A DNA stretch of 63,255 nt, the filler included, from Salisapilia sapeloensis CBS 127946 (Eukaryota; Protista; Oomycota): NCBI GenBank assembly GCA_023334545.1. It is 10 parts of 10 records of this genome, joined end to end, with 100 filler letters (N's around TTAATTAATTAA, not from the genome) between each part and the next. Parts side by side here need not be neighbours in the genome. Positions count along the whole stretch, not along the records: positions 1 to 22,420 come from JAADVB010000276.1; 9 more parts are not named here. The stretch is one strand, 5' to 3'. Under the pieces are notes generated by a model that saw nothing but the letters and a program-made list of their open reading frames with translations, searched no databases and was not told the origin of the DNA. A program made the translations under genes and the position numbers. Shown here piece by piece: positions 1-11,379 of this stretch (position 1 is the first letter of the stretch; each line of letters opens with the position of its first letter).

Positions 1-29
1 ATAGTATTTAGGCGCTGAAATTAGTATAA

Positions 30-101
30 GGTCCTATGGTGTAATGGTTAGCACTCTGGACTCTGAATCCAGCGATCCGGGTTCAAATCCCGGTAGGACC
101 T
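30..101 (+). tRNA. trnQ: tRNA-Gln(CTG)
   Basis: 72-nt cloverleaf: acceptor GGTCCTA/TAGGACC, anticodon arm CTGGA-CT[CTG]AA-TCCAG (anticodon 63-65), T-loop GGTTCAAATCC, followed by T6 at 103-108 (Pol III terminator). Confidence 0.97.
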
Positions 102-317
102 CTTTTTTCCATCTCTATTTTTACACAAACCAGACACAGACCACCTTAATGGATCCATGTACCTATTATTTTTAGTACACTTCTGCACCCCCGACCCATC
201 TTAATCGGCAGAGTTCGCTTTCTTCGTAGCTAACTAAGTCGAACTTTAGTAATATTCTGCACCTATCGATTATTTTCAGTTAACAATTTGCATATATACT
301 TCTACTGAACGTACGAT

Positions 318-570
318 TACGGCGCATATAGTACATCGTGTTGGATGTAACGAACTTGGCATTGTAAGCAGAAAGCCACATGCAAAAACGATCTCGTACT
401 AAGTCTAATCAGTGGCTTTGCGTGGAAAATTTTGTCAAGTTTTTTGTATAACAATATTAAACCAAGTGTTTGCAGCGGGCCCAAAGAGGGCTTACAATTG
501 GACGAGAATAAACAAAAGTATAGAATGATTTTTTCGCGCATCTAAGTATTACCATTTGATACAAGTATAT
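318..570 (+). mobile_element. Probable Tc1/mariner transposase relic (HTH to first catalytic-motif region), degenerate
   Basis: Frameshifted translation gives ..NELGIVSRKPHAK.. RLQRAQ.. NWT.. KYRMIFS..ASK, resembling Tc1 'LGxxSRKPxKKP..RLxWA..WT..VIFSDESK'. Multiple stops and indels. Confidence 0.35.
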
Positions 571-1699
571 TCTGCAATTTTTCGTAGCTTTGCTGATCTC
601 TAGCATCTATCGGCTGTACAATCTTGTAGATACAGGTATTTATCAAGTAAAGTAGCCAAATAATTGTTTTGCGATTATGTATAGATACTTGGTTACCCTT
701 GTAGTCTTAACACCAAATGAGTGTAGTTTGATTGGCTGTTTGTACGGATAAAATCGAGAGCGAAAGCATTTTCAATAGATGTTGGTGATTGTATTGTACC
801 GTCGTATTGCAACTTTATCACCTTTCTCGACTGTTTTTAATTTAATATGTTAAATGAAGCGACGCAAATATGAAAAATGCATTTGCTCAGCCTCCAAAAT
901 GTTCACTTTACCCAAAATGGGCTGCTCGAACACGCTGATTTTATTATGTCATTTTCACTTCAAAATGAATATCCGGATTGTACAGTTCCCGAGGTAAAAT
1001 TAGAAACGATGAACGAACGGTTTTTCCATTATATCATAGAACCTCCGATCCTCCAACCGTACCGGACCGGTGGCGAATAATGATACAGTTCAGAAAATAG
1101 TATGCATGCAATTTTACAAGGTTATTAGTTTATTGAACTTCGAAATCTAAAAGTTTACTGGCACACCTGGCTACGCGTAGTTCATTGTACGTTTTGAAAC
1201 CAGAAGACACAAGCCACCTAAATCACATTCTCCGCCCACCCGCCTACCACCTATTACTGGCCTTCATTCACGACGCGCCCCACCATCGACCACCGCGAGT
1301 CGACCAATTGCCTATCTTGGGCCATCCAACGTGTGTTTGTGAAGCTCTGTGGTGGAGCCTGGCTTTGTCGGAAGGACCGGTTCGATTTCGGGTTTGATGT
1401 GTAGGCTATGGAAAGACTGGTGTTTGTTGTGCAATGGCACTCATTTATCTTGCTGTAATGCGATTGTTCAGCATTAAGCATGCTGTTCGGGTCTACAATC
1501 ATAACGAGAAAACATATGTCAATAACATTGCATTCGAATTGGCTTTCTCTGCCTACTCATCTTTTGGTACTATTCTTCTGTGTCATTATAGCTAGTGTCT
1601 TTCTTAGCTTCATCATCGATGTAGGTACGTCGGACGGGCTCACGATGCTTACACCTAAACAGCGCAACCATGTCAATTGGGACATTTTTGCATGACTCG

Positions 1700-2130
1700 A
1701 AGGTTGCCTTCCGCTCCAGTCAACAAGAAGACTTTTCCCGACAACAACGCGATCAAGGTGCGGTGAACGCTTTAGATGATATCGACTTGCGCAGTCAATT
1801 GACTAGAGAGCTTGTCGTTAGGCTTGGCACTTCTGGCCAGCCCCTGGTCGATGTCGCCCATTTCGACAACTCTGCGCTTCTTCACGGTCAGATTGTGAAG
1901 CCAGTAAGAATTTAGGAAAGCAAAGGTAGTATGAAACGCCTTAGATACATGCACCTTGCTTTCTGCCATATTTTATACTGCGTTTCATAGCGTGCGAATG
2001 GCTCGATCGTTGACAAAGAGTTTCCATACTTTCGCCAAGTCAATGCATAGAGTCTTAAAGTCGGTGTAGGTATCCATCGAATTTCGGAAATGCATGATCT
2101 GTTCTCTGTCGTGAAGGCTTGGCGGTATTA
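1700..2130 (-). pseudogene. Decayed ORF of unknown identity
   Basis: One minus-strand frame stays nearly open for about 130 codons (IPPSLHDREQIMHFRNSMD..NSYWLHNLTVKKRR..VDII*SVHRTLIALLSGKVFLL) with three in-frame stops. Confidence 0.3.
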
Positions 2131-2269
2131 TTTTTAATGGTGGAGACCTCTAAAGCAAAAAAGTGGTAACAGCAATTTCGAACTGTGAACTTAACCGGTC
2201 TATAAGTGTGCTACTAATACAGAATGTTGCGCATTTATTATGGAGCACGTAACACCATCTTATTAGCCA

Positions 2270-4251
2270 CAATAGTCTTCCGACGAAGAGAGATCTTCTT
2301 CGCTAGCCTTCTCACATGATGAAGCGACCGCAGATGATTGAGCACAATGTTGCTATCGCGCAATCAAATGCTTATCCTGTATAAACGCTAAAACATTTGT
2401 CTCTTTCTGCATACTAGTGACATGGACATGGTTGCAATACCGAGTGAATGAGCTATCTAGTAAGAAGTAGTCGGAGAGGAAGGACTTCATGTATGCTGTC
2501 AGTTGCTTGGCGTCCGACTTCTTCTTCATCACCGTACCACTCAACTCCGACCATAGGCGTGGATCTTTTGTATACCAATGGAATCACACATCGCGAAGAT
2601 TGGCCCTCGTTCTTCTTTTGCGTAGTTTTGCATTTATCCATCGCTTTGCTTATCGAGCTGATCCGTCATTACTGCAATAGCCGACGGACCTTTATTTTCG
2701 CTAAAGACATCTTCCATCAGCGCAAGACGCCAATCTTGTCTCTGAACGAGCTATACTAGCTGGTTTATCAACGTCGTTTACAGTTGCATGACCGTTAGTT
2801 CGCTTGCGCCGTACGTCATATCTTCTGTGGTATGCTGAGAGGCTTCTGAGCAACCTTTATCTGAGGAAATAAATGAAGACAACAAAAAAAGATCCGCGAG
2901 GGAGGAACAAGAAGCGGTCACGGCGGCTTCAAGGCGTTTGATGGCTAGGTTGGCGGGATTCAATTTTTAGAGACGAGTAATGAACCATCAGATACACAAT
3001 AATCACCTCGAGGATACGCGTAATATCGTCGTATTGCTCCTTCGCTAGGCCAAAACACGCCGCAAACACATTCGACATGATCGCGTAAATCTGGGCTTAG
3101 TTTGCAGTGTCCAACAAGCGTAGAGAAGCAAGTGGGATAGTGTATAGTGTATCGTAACCGTTCAGACGCTTGCAGCACGATCATCATCAGGGGAGTGCTA
3201 TAAACACACGCAAATGCCTGGATCATATTGTCCATGTTCCATGCACCGCGGTTAAAGTTTCACTGTGCGGCGAGTTTGGGGGTTTCATTTGCATGCTGCA
3301 ACTCGCTGCGACGGAAAGAATGCGACGACAATATATCGGTAGCTCCGGTTGGAGGTAGAGCACGAGCAACTCGTCTATTTAAATAGCTGTGATTGCCAGG
3401 GTCAGATTTAGCGCGCTTCTTACTCGTAGTTTACATGGTGAGATCGACAGCAAGCACCATGAATTGAACTATGCTTTTGGCAGGTCGGTGATCAAGAATC
3501 GCAGTCAAGTAAGTTGCTGTGTTATTCTCGACGGCAGCCATACTTTCTGTATGAAGCTAAGAAAAGAGAAGCACGTCTGGTGCTATGCGTGTTTCAAGTG
3601 CAAGACCAATTGCAAAATGAGAGTGCGTGGCGGAGTCACAATCAGGGAGGATTAATAAGCCTTGTGCTCAGATGTCTTGGCGCGGATGAAACGGAAAAAG
3701 GTATGTATTGCGTTGATTGTAAGATTGTTTGCACGGATAAAGTTAAACTAGATTTGGCTTAAACATTTATTAGAGCAGGCAAATCAGCGCGTCATCCTGG
3801 TAGTGAGTAGGAGTAGATGTATTTTTTTCTATGTACATACTTTGCCATCCTTTTTGAATCTTCTTTCGTGCAAAATGCAGCTTGATTATCAAAAGCATCA
3901 GCTTCACGTTTCATGCAATGCTTCTTTAATGTACGCGCTTCTTTTAGAAGCGCACTCTTCAAGTTTTACTCGACGCGAAGAAATAAAGTATATAGCCCAC
4001 GTTTAGCCTGCCGATAGCGCTGTCGCGGAATTATCATTTAGTGCTTTACCTTTACGATCACTCTTTAACGCAAGGTGCATATGAAACGGTTCTATAATGT
4101 CTATGAACCATCGAGGTGCGTTTTCACGCAACATGCATTCCTTTACACGATCCATGTCCACCTCTATCTTAGTTAGAAACGCTATGTATGCACTCAATGC
4201 ATTAATTTCAACTTTTTGCGGTGTCGTCAACCGTAAATTGCGTAGCGGCAT
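2270..4251 (-). mobile_element. Tyrosine-recombinase (Crypton-like) transposon gene relic, disrupted
   Basis: Collinear fragments across stops and frameshifts: MPLRNL..CMLRENAP..HLALKSDRKGK, HCMKRE..YQDDALICLL, FFRFIRAKTSE..GLLILPD, SSHSFRR (HxxR, 3308-3322)..QHAN..RGAWNM, AIKRLEA..SLADL, FHWYTKDPRLW..AYMKSFL..VLNHLRSLH. Recalled as matching a multicopy oomycete integrase-like family; not verified by search. Confidence 0.78.
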
Positions 4252-4899
4252 TACCCTATATGTTCAACAAGGTCGGGTATGTCGGAGAGAACGAAAATAT
4301 GCAACTGGTACGTAAACACCCTAAATTTAGAATGCGCATATGTACATATTTGGCGAGTCAATCCCGACGAAATATGCAACTATTGGTAGCTTAAAGAACT
4401 CACCTAGCCCTGTATGGTCTAATTGGACAATAAAAGATATTTAGCTTGGATTGAAGTGCTTCTATTTGTTGAATTTGTAGTCCGCTGTATATATTCACTG
4501 AAATATATCAACTCTATCTTCATGTAAGGTCGGAGGACATATGATATTCATCTATATGCCATGTTAATGTATATTTACAGCTGCCGCCTAAAGTTTTCAA
4601 ACGACATTAATTGGCGATTGATAAGAATCTTTTGGTGAAGCTGTTGCTTTCTTTACACCAAGCTTGAAACATCTCTCACTTCTTCCATGATATCCAAGTT
4701 TCTTTCTGCTCAATTTTTCTATGCTGTTCTCCATGGCGTGCATTCTGATTCAGCGACCCGCTGCGTGATCTTAGTCGAAGTAATTAAAGAGACATAACGG
4801 TTGGTCGAGGTTTGCGATAGAAAAGGGAGCTCAATATCGTTTTCTAGGCAGCACAAAAATGAAAATATACTAAATGGAGCGTCTGGAGCTAAATTTGCT

Positions 4900-5465
4900 C
4901 CATTCAGTCTACTTATTCGGTTACCCCGGTGCGGATATTTTTTCTGGGCAAACGGTTGACGGCTTAGATCTCAGAATAAAGTACGTCGTAGTGGCGTCAT
5001 TGGTCTCATTTTTCTCTATGCTTGCTTGGTCGTTGATAGGATTTGAAGCGAACAATACCAGGAAAGAGAATTTCCGGCGACAAACTCTATGGTGTCGGAC
5101 TGTGCAATCCTTATTTGTTGATATCACCTAGGTCTTCACCGTCGTCTTGTGTAGGTGACGATAGGCATTATTCGAACATGGAACAAACACGATACCTCCA
5201 GAATAGCGTACCCAAAACGATACCTTGTACGAACTTGTGTACAGATCGTTTGAATTAATTCGCTAATATTTCGAATTTCATTTTGAACTGAAGGTCCATA
5301 CAAGGCTGACGTACCGGCGAATATTTTGAACCAATTCAACGTATCGACGGGATGCTCCAAGTATATTTTTAACAACATGATATTGTTTAAACCTTTTAGA
5401 CGTATCCGAGGGAGTAAACCATGGAGTTGAAGTCTCGGCAGAAAGCCCTTATGAATCAACACCAC
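4900..5465 (-). pseudogene. Decayed ORF of unknown identity, possibly TE-derived
   Basis: 109-codon ORF (..LEHPVDTLNWFKIFAGTSALYGP..RYRFGYAILE..) followed by broken frames, lying between two TE relics. Confidence 0.2.
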
Positions 5466-5652
5466 TGCACCTCACTTTAAAATACACGACATTGCTCTAA
5501 TAAATACTATTGACAACCCGAACTAATTCTGCTATAAAACACTTATGTAGTAAATCAAAAAGTAATAGGCAAATTATACTCGTATTTTCTAACTACGGTC
5601 TTTCCACATAAACTAGATTTTTATATCTTTTATCTAGGTTACCACTTGCTAT

Positions 5653-5671
5653 CTAGAGTTAACAGCGTAAT
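5653..5671 (+). repeat. Candidate left TIR of Harbinger relic
   Basis: CTAGAGTTAACAGCGTAAT is an imperfect inverted match to 8856-8875 (reverse complement CTAAAGTTAACAGTTGTAAT). Confidence 0.25.
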
Positions 5672-6419
5672 TGAAGAGCAAAGTTCTGGTTAAAGCAACT
5701 GCAGCTACCTGTCACACAACTCGTGCTAGCCCATACCGGCTCCTGGCTCATTGTGACAATCGTGGTAATCATGAAAACTTTGAAAAGCTATGACAACTTA
5801 TATTAAACTTATAGACGAACTACTGAGAGGACTATCCGAATATATTATGAGTCAAACATACATGTTTTGGATTTGACATGTGACAGTCTATCGCTTTAAT
5901 TTTAAGCGGGTTTGGGTGCCAGTTTTGGGTTATTGGCGAGCTAGAAACAAGCAAATTCATTTGCGTATTATATTAAGCATAAGCAAGATTTTTGCGTAGA
6001 ACTAAGCATAAGCACCGACTCAATATAAGCATGATATTTTAAGGTTAACCTCTACACATAAAAAGGTTCTTTTTCATTGTGACTTTTCTTTCGTCCGAAA
6101 GGTTTCTGGTATCAGCGACCTAAATTGGTCAATATTGACTCATTTGACAGGAGTGCCGCTTTACTCGAAAGTCAACAGTCAGCAGTGATTCTCACCGTAC
6201 CAGCAGAAGCAGAAGCTGACAAAGGCGGTGAACCGAACGTTGAGAAAAGACATGTCTATTTTGTCAGCTCCAGCATCGGATTTCAGCACGTAAAATGAGC
6301 TGAATGTAGATCGTCAAGATGAAGCATGCCTATTGGTAAAAATAAAATTTTTGTCGGGTTCTTATTGGTGGTTTAATTGAAGCTGTCGACCAGGCTGATA
6401 GCAATTCTTTAACATCCTG

Positions 6420-6800
6420 TCACTTGAAAAAGCACGCTCGGGTACAGAAAACGGTGGAACGTGCTGCTGAGAGAAGGAATGATAACGACATGAGTGTGCT
6501 CATCAACGCCCGGGAAGAGCGCATTGGAAAGTAACGTGCTGATAAGAAAGCGTTCTACTTGGCAGCTGCCAATAAGCTGCCAGGTTAGGACTGGAAGAGT
6601 GTGAAGAATATATACGAATTTTTGGAGTGCCATTATCAGGTTATCAACGCCAAAACGAGTGCCTCTGGCTTTGTAGCGCATGAAACGAATCCACCCACAC
6701 TATGCGCTACTATACTGAAGGAGTTTAAATACTACAAGCTCGACGCAGTACTTTGAGACAAGTGCAGATCTTGTCCGACTGTCGACGACTTGTGTCTACC
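6420..6800 (+). mobile_element. Myb/SANT-like (trihelix-type) DNA-binding ORF relic, Harbinger accessory gene
   Basis: Plus frame: ..DMSVLINAREERIGK*RADKKAFYLAAANKLPG*DWKSVKNIYEFLECHYQVINAKTSASGF..ILKEFKYYKLDAVL. Convergent with the DDE_Tnp_4 transposase relic. Confidence 0.55.
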
Positions 6801-7338
6801 TACGAATTCTACAGCTTTATTGCTAGAGAATGATGAAGAGCGGAGTCAAAGGTTTCATATTTCACGACATTCGATAACGTGAGCGATACTGCTAGCAAAA
6901 CAGTGGTAGTCTGTGGCCAAGAATCAGTGAGAAACACAACGGAACCTGGTGTCATGAGTCGTTGCCATTATGTTGTCACAAGTGGCGGCAAGTCTCGAAA
7001 GAGGAACCGAGGTCAAGTATTTCAAGCATACTTCGCGACCTTGATAGTCAAGATCTTGAAATGCAGCGTCATCGCTTGATGATGATGTGCCAATAGCTTG
7101 ACTTTGACATAATTTCTCGTCGTGAAGAACTCGAACTGTGTCGCGAATTTGTAGAGTAATGACGCGTGGAGTTCCAACTAAAGTTCCAGACAATGGAAAC
7201 TCAATAAGAGCTACACAAGTCTCTTTCAAACAAAACTACGTAAAATTGAATGATAGATCAATTTGTCTAGTACGCGTAGCCGACATGCTTTAATACCAGT
7301 TGCTTCTGCACTTCAAATAGAAACTCGTTTGCTACTGT

Positions 7339-8780
7339 CTATTCATCCCTACTTTCATCATCGATTATTGATGTAGCAATCGGTTCTTCGACGTTGAATT
7401 CTTCGCATCGATCGTCTTTCTCTAGTATGAAGAAGTTGTGGAGAACTAGACAGCATGCTATCATTTGATTCACGGTATTGTGGTTTTCTTGTTGATCAAT
7501 GTGGCAAAGAAGCCGTCGCATAGACAGCAAAAACAAGTTTTTACCGTATTGATGCAGTGCTCAATCGTCATACGCATAGAAGAAAATGAAAGTTAAATAT
7601 GCATTTTTTTTGTATTTTGATTTTGAACCTTTGTATGATCTCATCAAATTGAGTGAAAACGCATAGACGGAATCGCCAAGCAAGAACTTGCCATTGGAGA
7701 AAAAGTCTGAAAGTTGCAATGCAATGGCCATATTTTTGTGCTGTCGACTGTCGTGAATGCTGCTTGGATTGTCTATTAACGTGGTCCGAATGGATATTGT
7801 ATGATCATAGACAATCTGAGCACCGACTCCATATCGTGACTTCCTATTGTAGTAGACCTTATGATCCTCTTTCGGTTTATATTTGTATTTAAACGACGTA
7901 CCATTAATGACCTCCGACAGCACCACGGAATTCACATTTCGCAGCAATTGCCGCAGCAATAGATCGTCGCTCGGCAGCTTTAGGCCACTAAATTATCGTT
8001 TTTCGCTTGTCAAAGAGTGTCATGGAACTCTTGCTACCTGTGAGAGGCTTACACGTGCAATAGGGGAAGCTTGATAAAACTAGAAGTGAATTTTATTTGA
8101 TACCTTTAGATCCTGCACTACCTTAAACATCTTTCCATTAAATGTACTTCCCATATGCTATGGAGGGATAGGCAGCACATCGAGTCACCTGTACCAAACT
8201 AGTGCCAAAACAAAAGGAAGACAAAGACGCTAACTACAGTAACTGACGGAGCACCCATTACATAGAGTGACTTTACAATGCGGAGTACAAACTTTATTAT
8301 TGTGCCTTCCCCGACGCCGAAATGCTGAGCGATAATATGGTAAGCTCTTCCAACACCAAAAGTTGTAACATAAAAGAGAAACACTTGCAATTGTAGCTTA
8401 ATTGTAGCTAGTGGAGGTTCTTTTTTGCCCTCGAAAACAGGAATAGAACGTACAAGGTCAATTACCCGATAAAACGTAGCCGTGCTCATTCGGAGGTCTC
8501 TTGTTGCACAAACGTCGTTCAGTGCATCGAGCTAGGCTTCTGTCCATTTCCCAGTTTTTACGATGACGTCACGAGCTTTCAAGTACGGACGAGACTTTAT
8601 AAGCGCATATAGAATAGACAGAAACTGGTCAATACGTTGAAACTTTGGATTCGTAGCGTAAAGCAATAGGAAAGGTTCGAGCTCCGTCAGCATCTCCTGT
8701 CGAACAGAGTGCCGAGTCATCGTTGTGAGTTTCGTTGTATCTAAACAAAGCATACGAGTTGTTGCTTTAAAAGGTAGCAT
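7339..8780 (-). mobile_element. PIF/Harbinger (DDE_Tnp_4) transposase pseudogene
   Basis: RPYLKAR..RMSTATF..LQLQVFL..IAQHFGVGEGT (HTH), then INGT..YYNRKSRY..QIVYDH..SIHDSR..FLLGDSVY and ..ACCLVLHNF. Split by stops and frameshifts. Confidence 0.88.
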
Positions 8781-8855
8781 TTAAATACAGTCAGCGAATA
8801 GGACTGAAATCCGCGCCCTCACAGTAGCTCAACTCAGCTTGATTCCTATAGACTG

Positions 8856-8875
8856 ATTACAACTGTTAACTTTAG
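8856..8875 (-). repeat. Candidate right TIR of Harbinger relic
   Basis: Imperfect inverted match to 5653-5671. Confidence 0.25.
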
Positions 8876-8965
8876 CTTCGGTCGGTACCTAGAACAACTA
8901 GTGACTTTATCACACCCATATTATTATTTTATTTAAATATTATATGTCATAAGTTGTACTTATAT

Positions 8966-9037
8966 GGTCCTATGGTGTAATGGTTAGCACTCTGGTCTTT
9001 GAATCCAGCGATCCGGGTTCAAATCCCGGTAGGACCT
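8966..9037 (+). tRNA. trnQ: tRNA-Gln(TTG), variant copy
   Basis: 70/72 identical to 30-101. Anticodon TTG at 8999-9001, T8996:T9004 mismatch at the base of the anticodon stem, T7 at 9041-9047. Confidence 0.9.
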
Positions 9038-9251
9038 CTCTTTTTTTGACTATCCTTATTACGTGGCATGACTTCACGTTTTCTGACAGAGACGTTATTG
9101 CCAGTGCAATACATTTTGTATCGTTGACACCTATACACGCTGCCTCTCCTTCGCTAGTCGACGCATACAAGCGTGTGTCTTAGTAAAAATTGTCTGATAC
9201 AACAAATGCTTAGCATGAAGCACATTTATTCTTCCATCTCATCGAGCAAAG

Positions 9252-11038
9252 ATGGTAGTTGACGACACGAGCACTGAATCCGATGGATACAGCGAAAGGC
9301 GATCAGGTCCATTCACTGAGTTTGATCCAGAAATCATGCAGAGCACGCCTAGCAATAGCAATGTATTTCAAGCAGCCAATACACAGTCGAATGTGACCAC
9401 CGCAGAGATGGATATTAATCCCGAAAGCCACTCTACTGAGACTACAAACACCCACCCTATAGACTCACTAGGCAGTGAGGCAAATAGTCAAGAGCAAGCC
9501 GAGCCTACAGAAATGACAGAAACGTTAGAACAGCAGCGCCTGCTGCATCGAGGTCTATCCACCCCGATGGACGATGAGACTGCTCTTCGCTATCGTCTCC
9601 TACAGGCACTTCCTCAATTTTCACAGTGGCTGCAAGACGCCGGCAATACGCTTCCATCAACCAACCGAGATTTAGTGCGGACGAGTTCATGGAACTCGAA
9701 CAACGTGACAACGAATACACCCATGCTCTTCCCTCAATCCCAAGACGTGGGAGGAGCGAACGATACAGACACATCTGGAGAGAATGCTCGAGGGTCTGCA
9801 TCAAGGTTACTTGAGTATTTACTCGAGTCAAATGCATCAAATCAACGAACGATTAGGAGGAGACACAGTGAAGACTATGACGTACTAGGTACAAATGAAC
9901 AGACACAACAGGAGGAGCAGGAGAATGATACAGATAGTGACCAGTCAACGTTTGAAGAGCTGCAGGAACTCCTTAGTCGATCCTACAACTCCATTCCTTT
10001 CGTCGCTCTCTTGTTGATCTACTTTATCTACCAGCATTTCGTTGGCATCACTGTATTCGCATTCGGCACGCTCCTTGTCATGCGATTAGATCGGCGTCTT
10101 CGATCTCTTATCGCTCGAAAAGAACGAGCCAAGTCGTCGAGACTGTCTGCCGTAGCGTTTATATCGTTGGTAGGCATCGGAGCATTCCTCGCGTTGGACG
10201 GTGCGACGAATCCGTACGAGCACCTTGTGCAGAAGATTCAGGCTCGATCCGATGCGTCCGATAGTCTGATATGGGAAGTATTGTGGACGATTTTAGTCAG
10301 TGACTTTGTCGTTCGGTTCGCGAGTATGATTTTGAAAGTCGGCATTGCAGCCGTGAAACCAGACAAAATGTGTTGCTTCTGGACGAGACGTGCGTCAGTG
10401 ACGAATGAAGACGATCGGAATATGCCGACACCGACCTTTAGCTCCTTTTATCGACGCAAGGTAATTTATACGGTGAAAGGCTTGTCATATACGATCGTAA
10501 CGTTTTTGTAGAGAAAGTTATTTGGGATTATCGAGCTGTGTTCCATCCTCCTTCGATCTCTACTTGCTAGTATCCCTTGGTGTAGTTACTACCAGCTAGG
10601 CCCATCTACTTTGGTTGCAGACGTCTTTACATTCGGATATCTCTTTGCCAAAGTACGCCCATCTCTTGCGTATGCACTCGACAACCTTCTAATAGCTGCA
10701 TGTAGGGACTCGTGCTAGGTCGTCAAGGACGCCATTTACTATCACTCGTGCGCTCCTTCCTTACGCTGGACTTGGAATATGGTGTTTACGTTTCTCGAGA
10801 AGAAGTAGCCGAAGCAGGGAACCCGGACTGTTCCATTTGCTACGAACCCATGCGTCTACCCGTGAAACTCTCTTGTAACCATCTCTTTTGTGAAGACTGT
10901 GTCCTCGAGTGGTTCGATCGCGAGCGATCCTGTCCGCTCTGTCGATCTGCCATGACCAACGGCGAGAATAGTCGTGAAGCCGACTTTCGTCCACCCTATC
11001 TAGACGGCAGCACTAGTCTCATTCCGCAATTTCTCTAA
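9252..11038 (+). CDS. RING finger and transmembrane domain protein (RNFT1/2-like); introns 10461-10511 and 10653-10705
   Basis: Low-complexity N-terminus, several hydrophobic segments, C-terminal C3HC4 RING (CSIC..CNHLFCEDC..CPLCR). GT-AG introns restore the frame. Confidence 0.88.
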
Positions 11039-11379
11039 TGTTCAATCCAATCCGTTTCGACTCTTGCATCCACATTTCGGTGGTCCAGCCATGTCGTACC
11101 CACTAGCTGTCAACTCATCCGACATGTTCCTCTCCATCTACTTTTCTACCACCACAAGAATAAATCTATCTTGTCTACATTCACATCTCTACCATACCAT
11201 CTAATCACCAGCCTTTCATTGGTACTAGGCACCATGCCCCAAAGAGGATGCTTGAAGCGAGTACACCATCATTGCGTAATCAGCTGGAAGTCTGTATCGA
11301 GCCAATCAAATCCGGTGGTTTGGAATGAGCTTCGTGGACCCTCATTTAACGTAAAGTTCTTCGACGCGTAGCAACACTC

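Noticed and set aside
2270-8780. RIP-like or methylation-driven C-to-T hypermutation in TE relics
   Set aside because: Some stops fit TGG>TGA or CAR>TAR, but there are too few sites and no intact reference copy. It needs alignment to a consensus.
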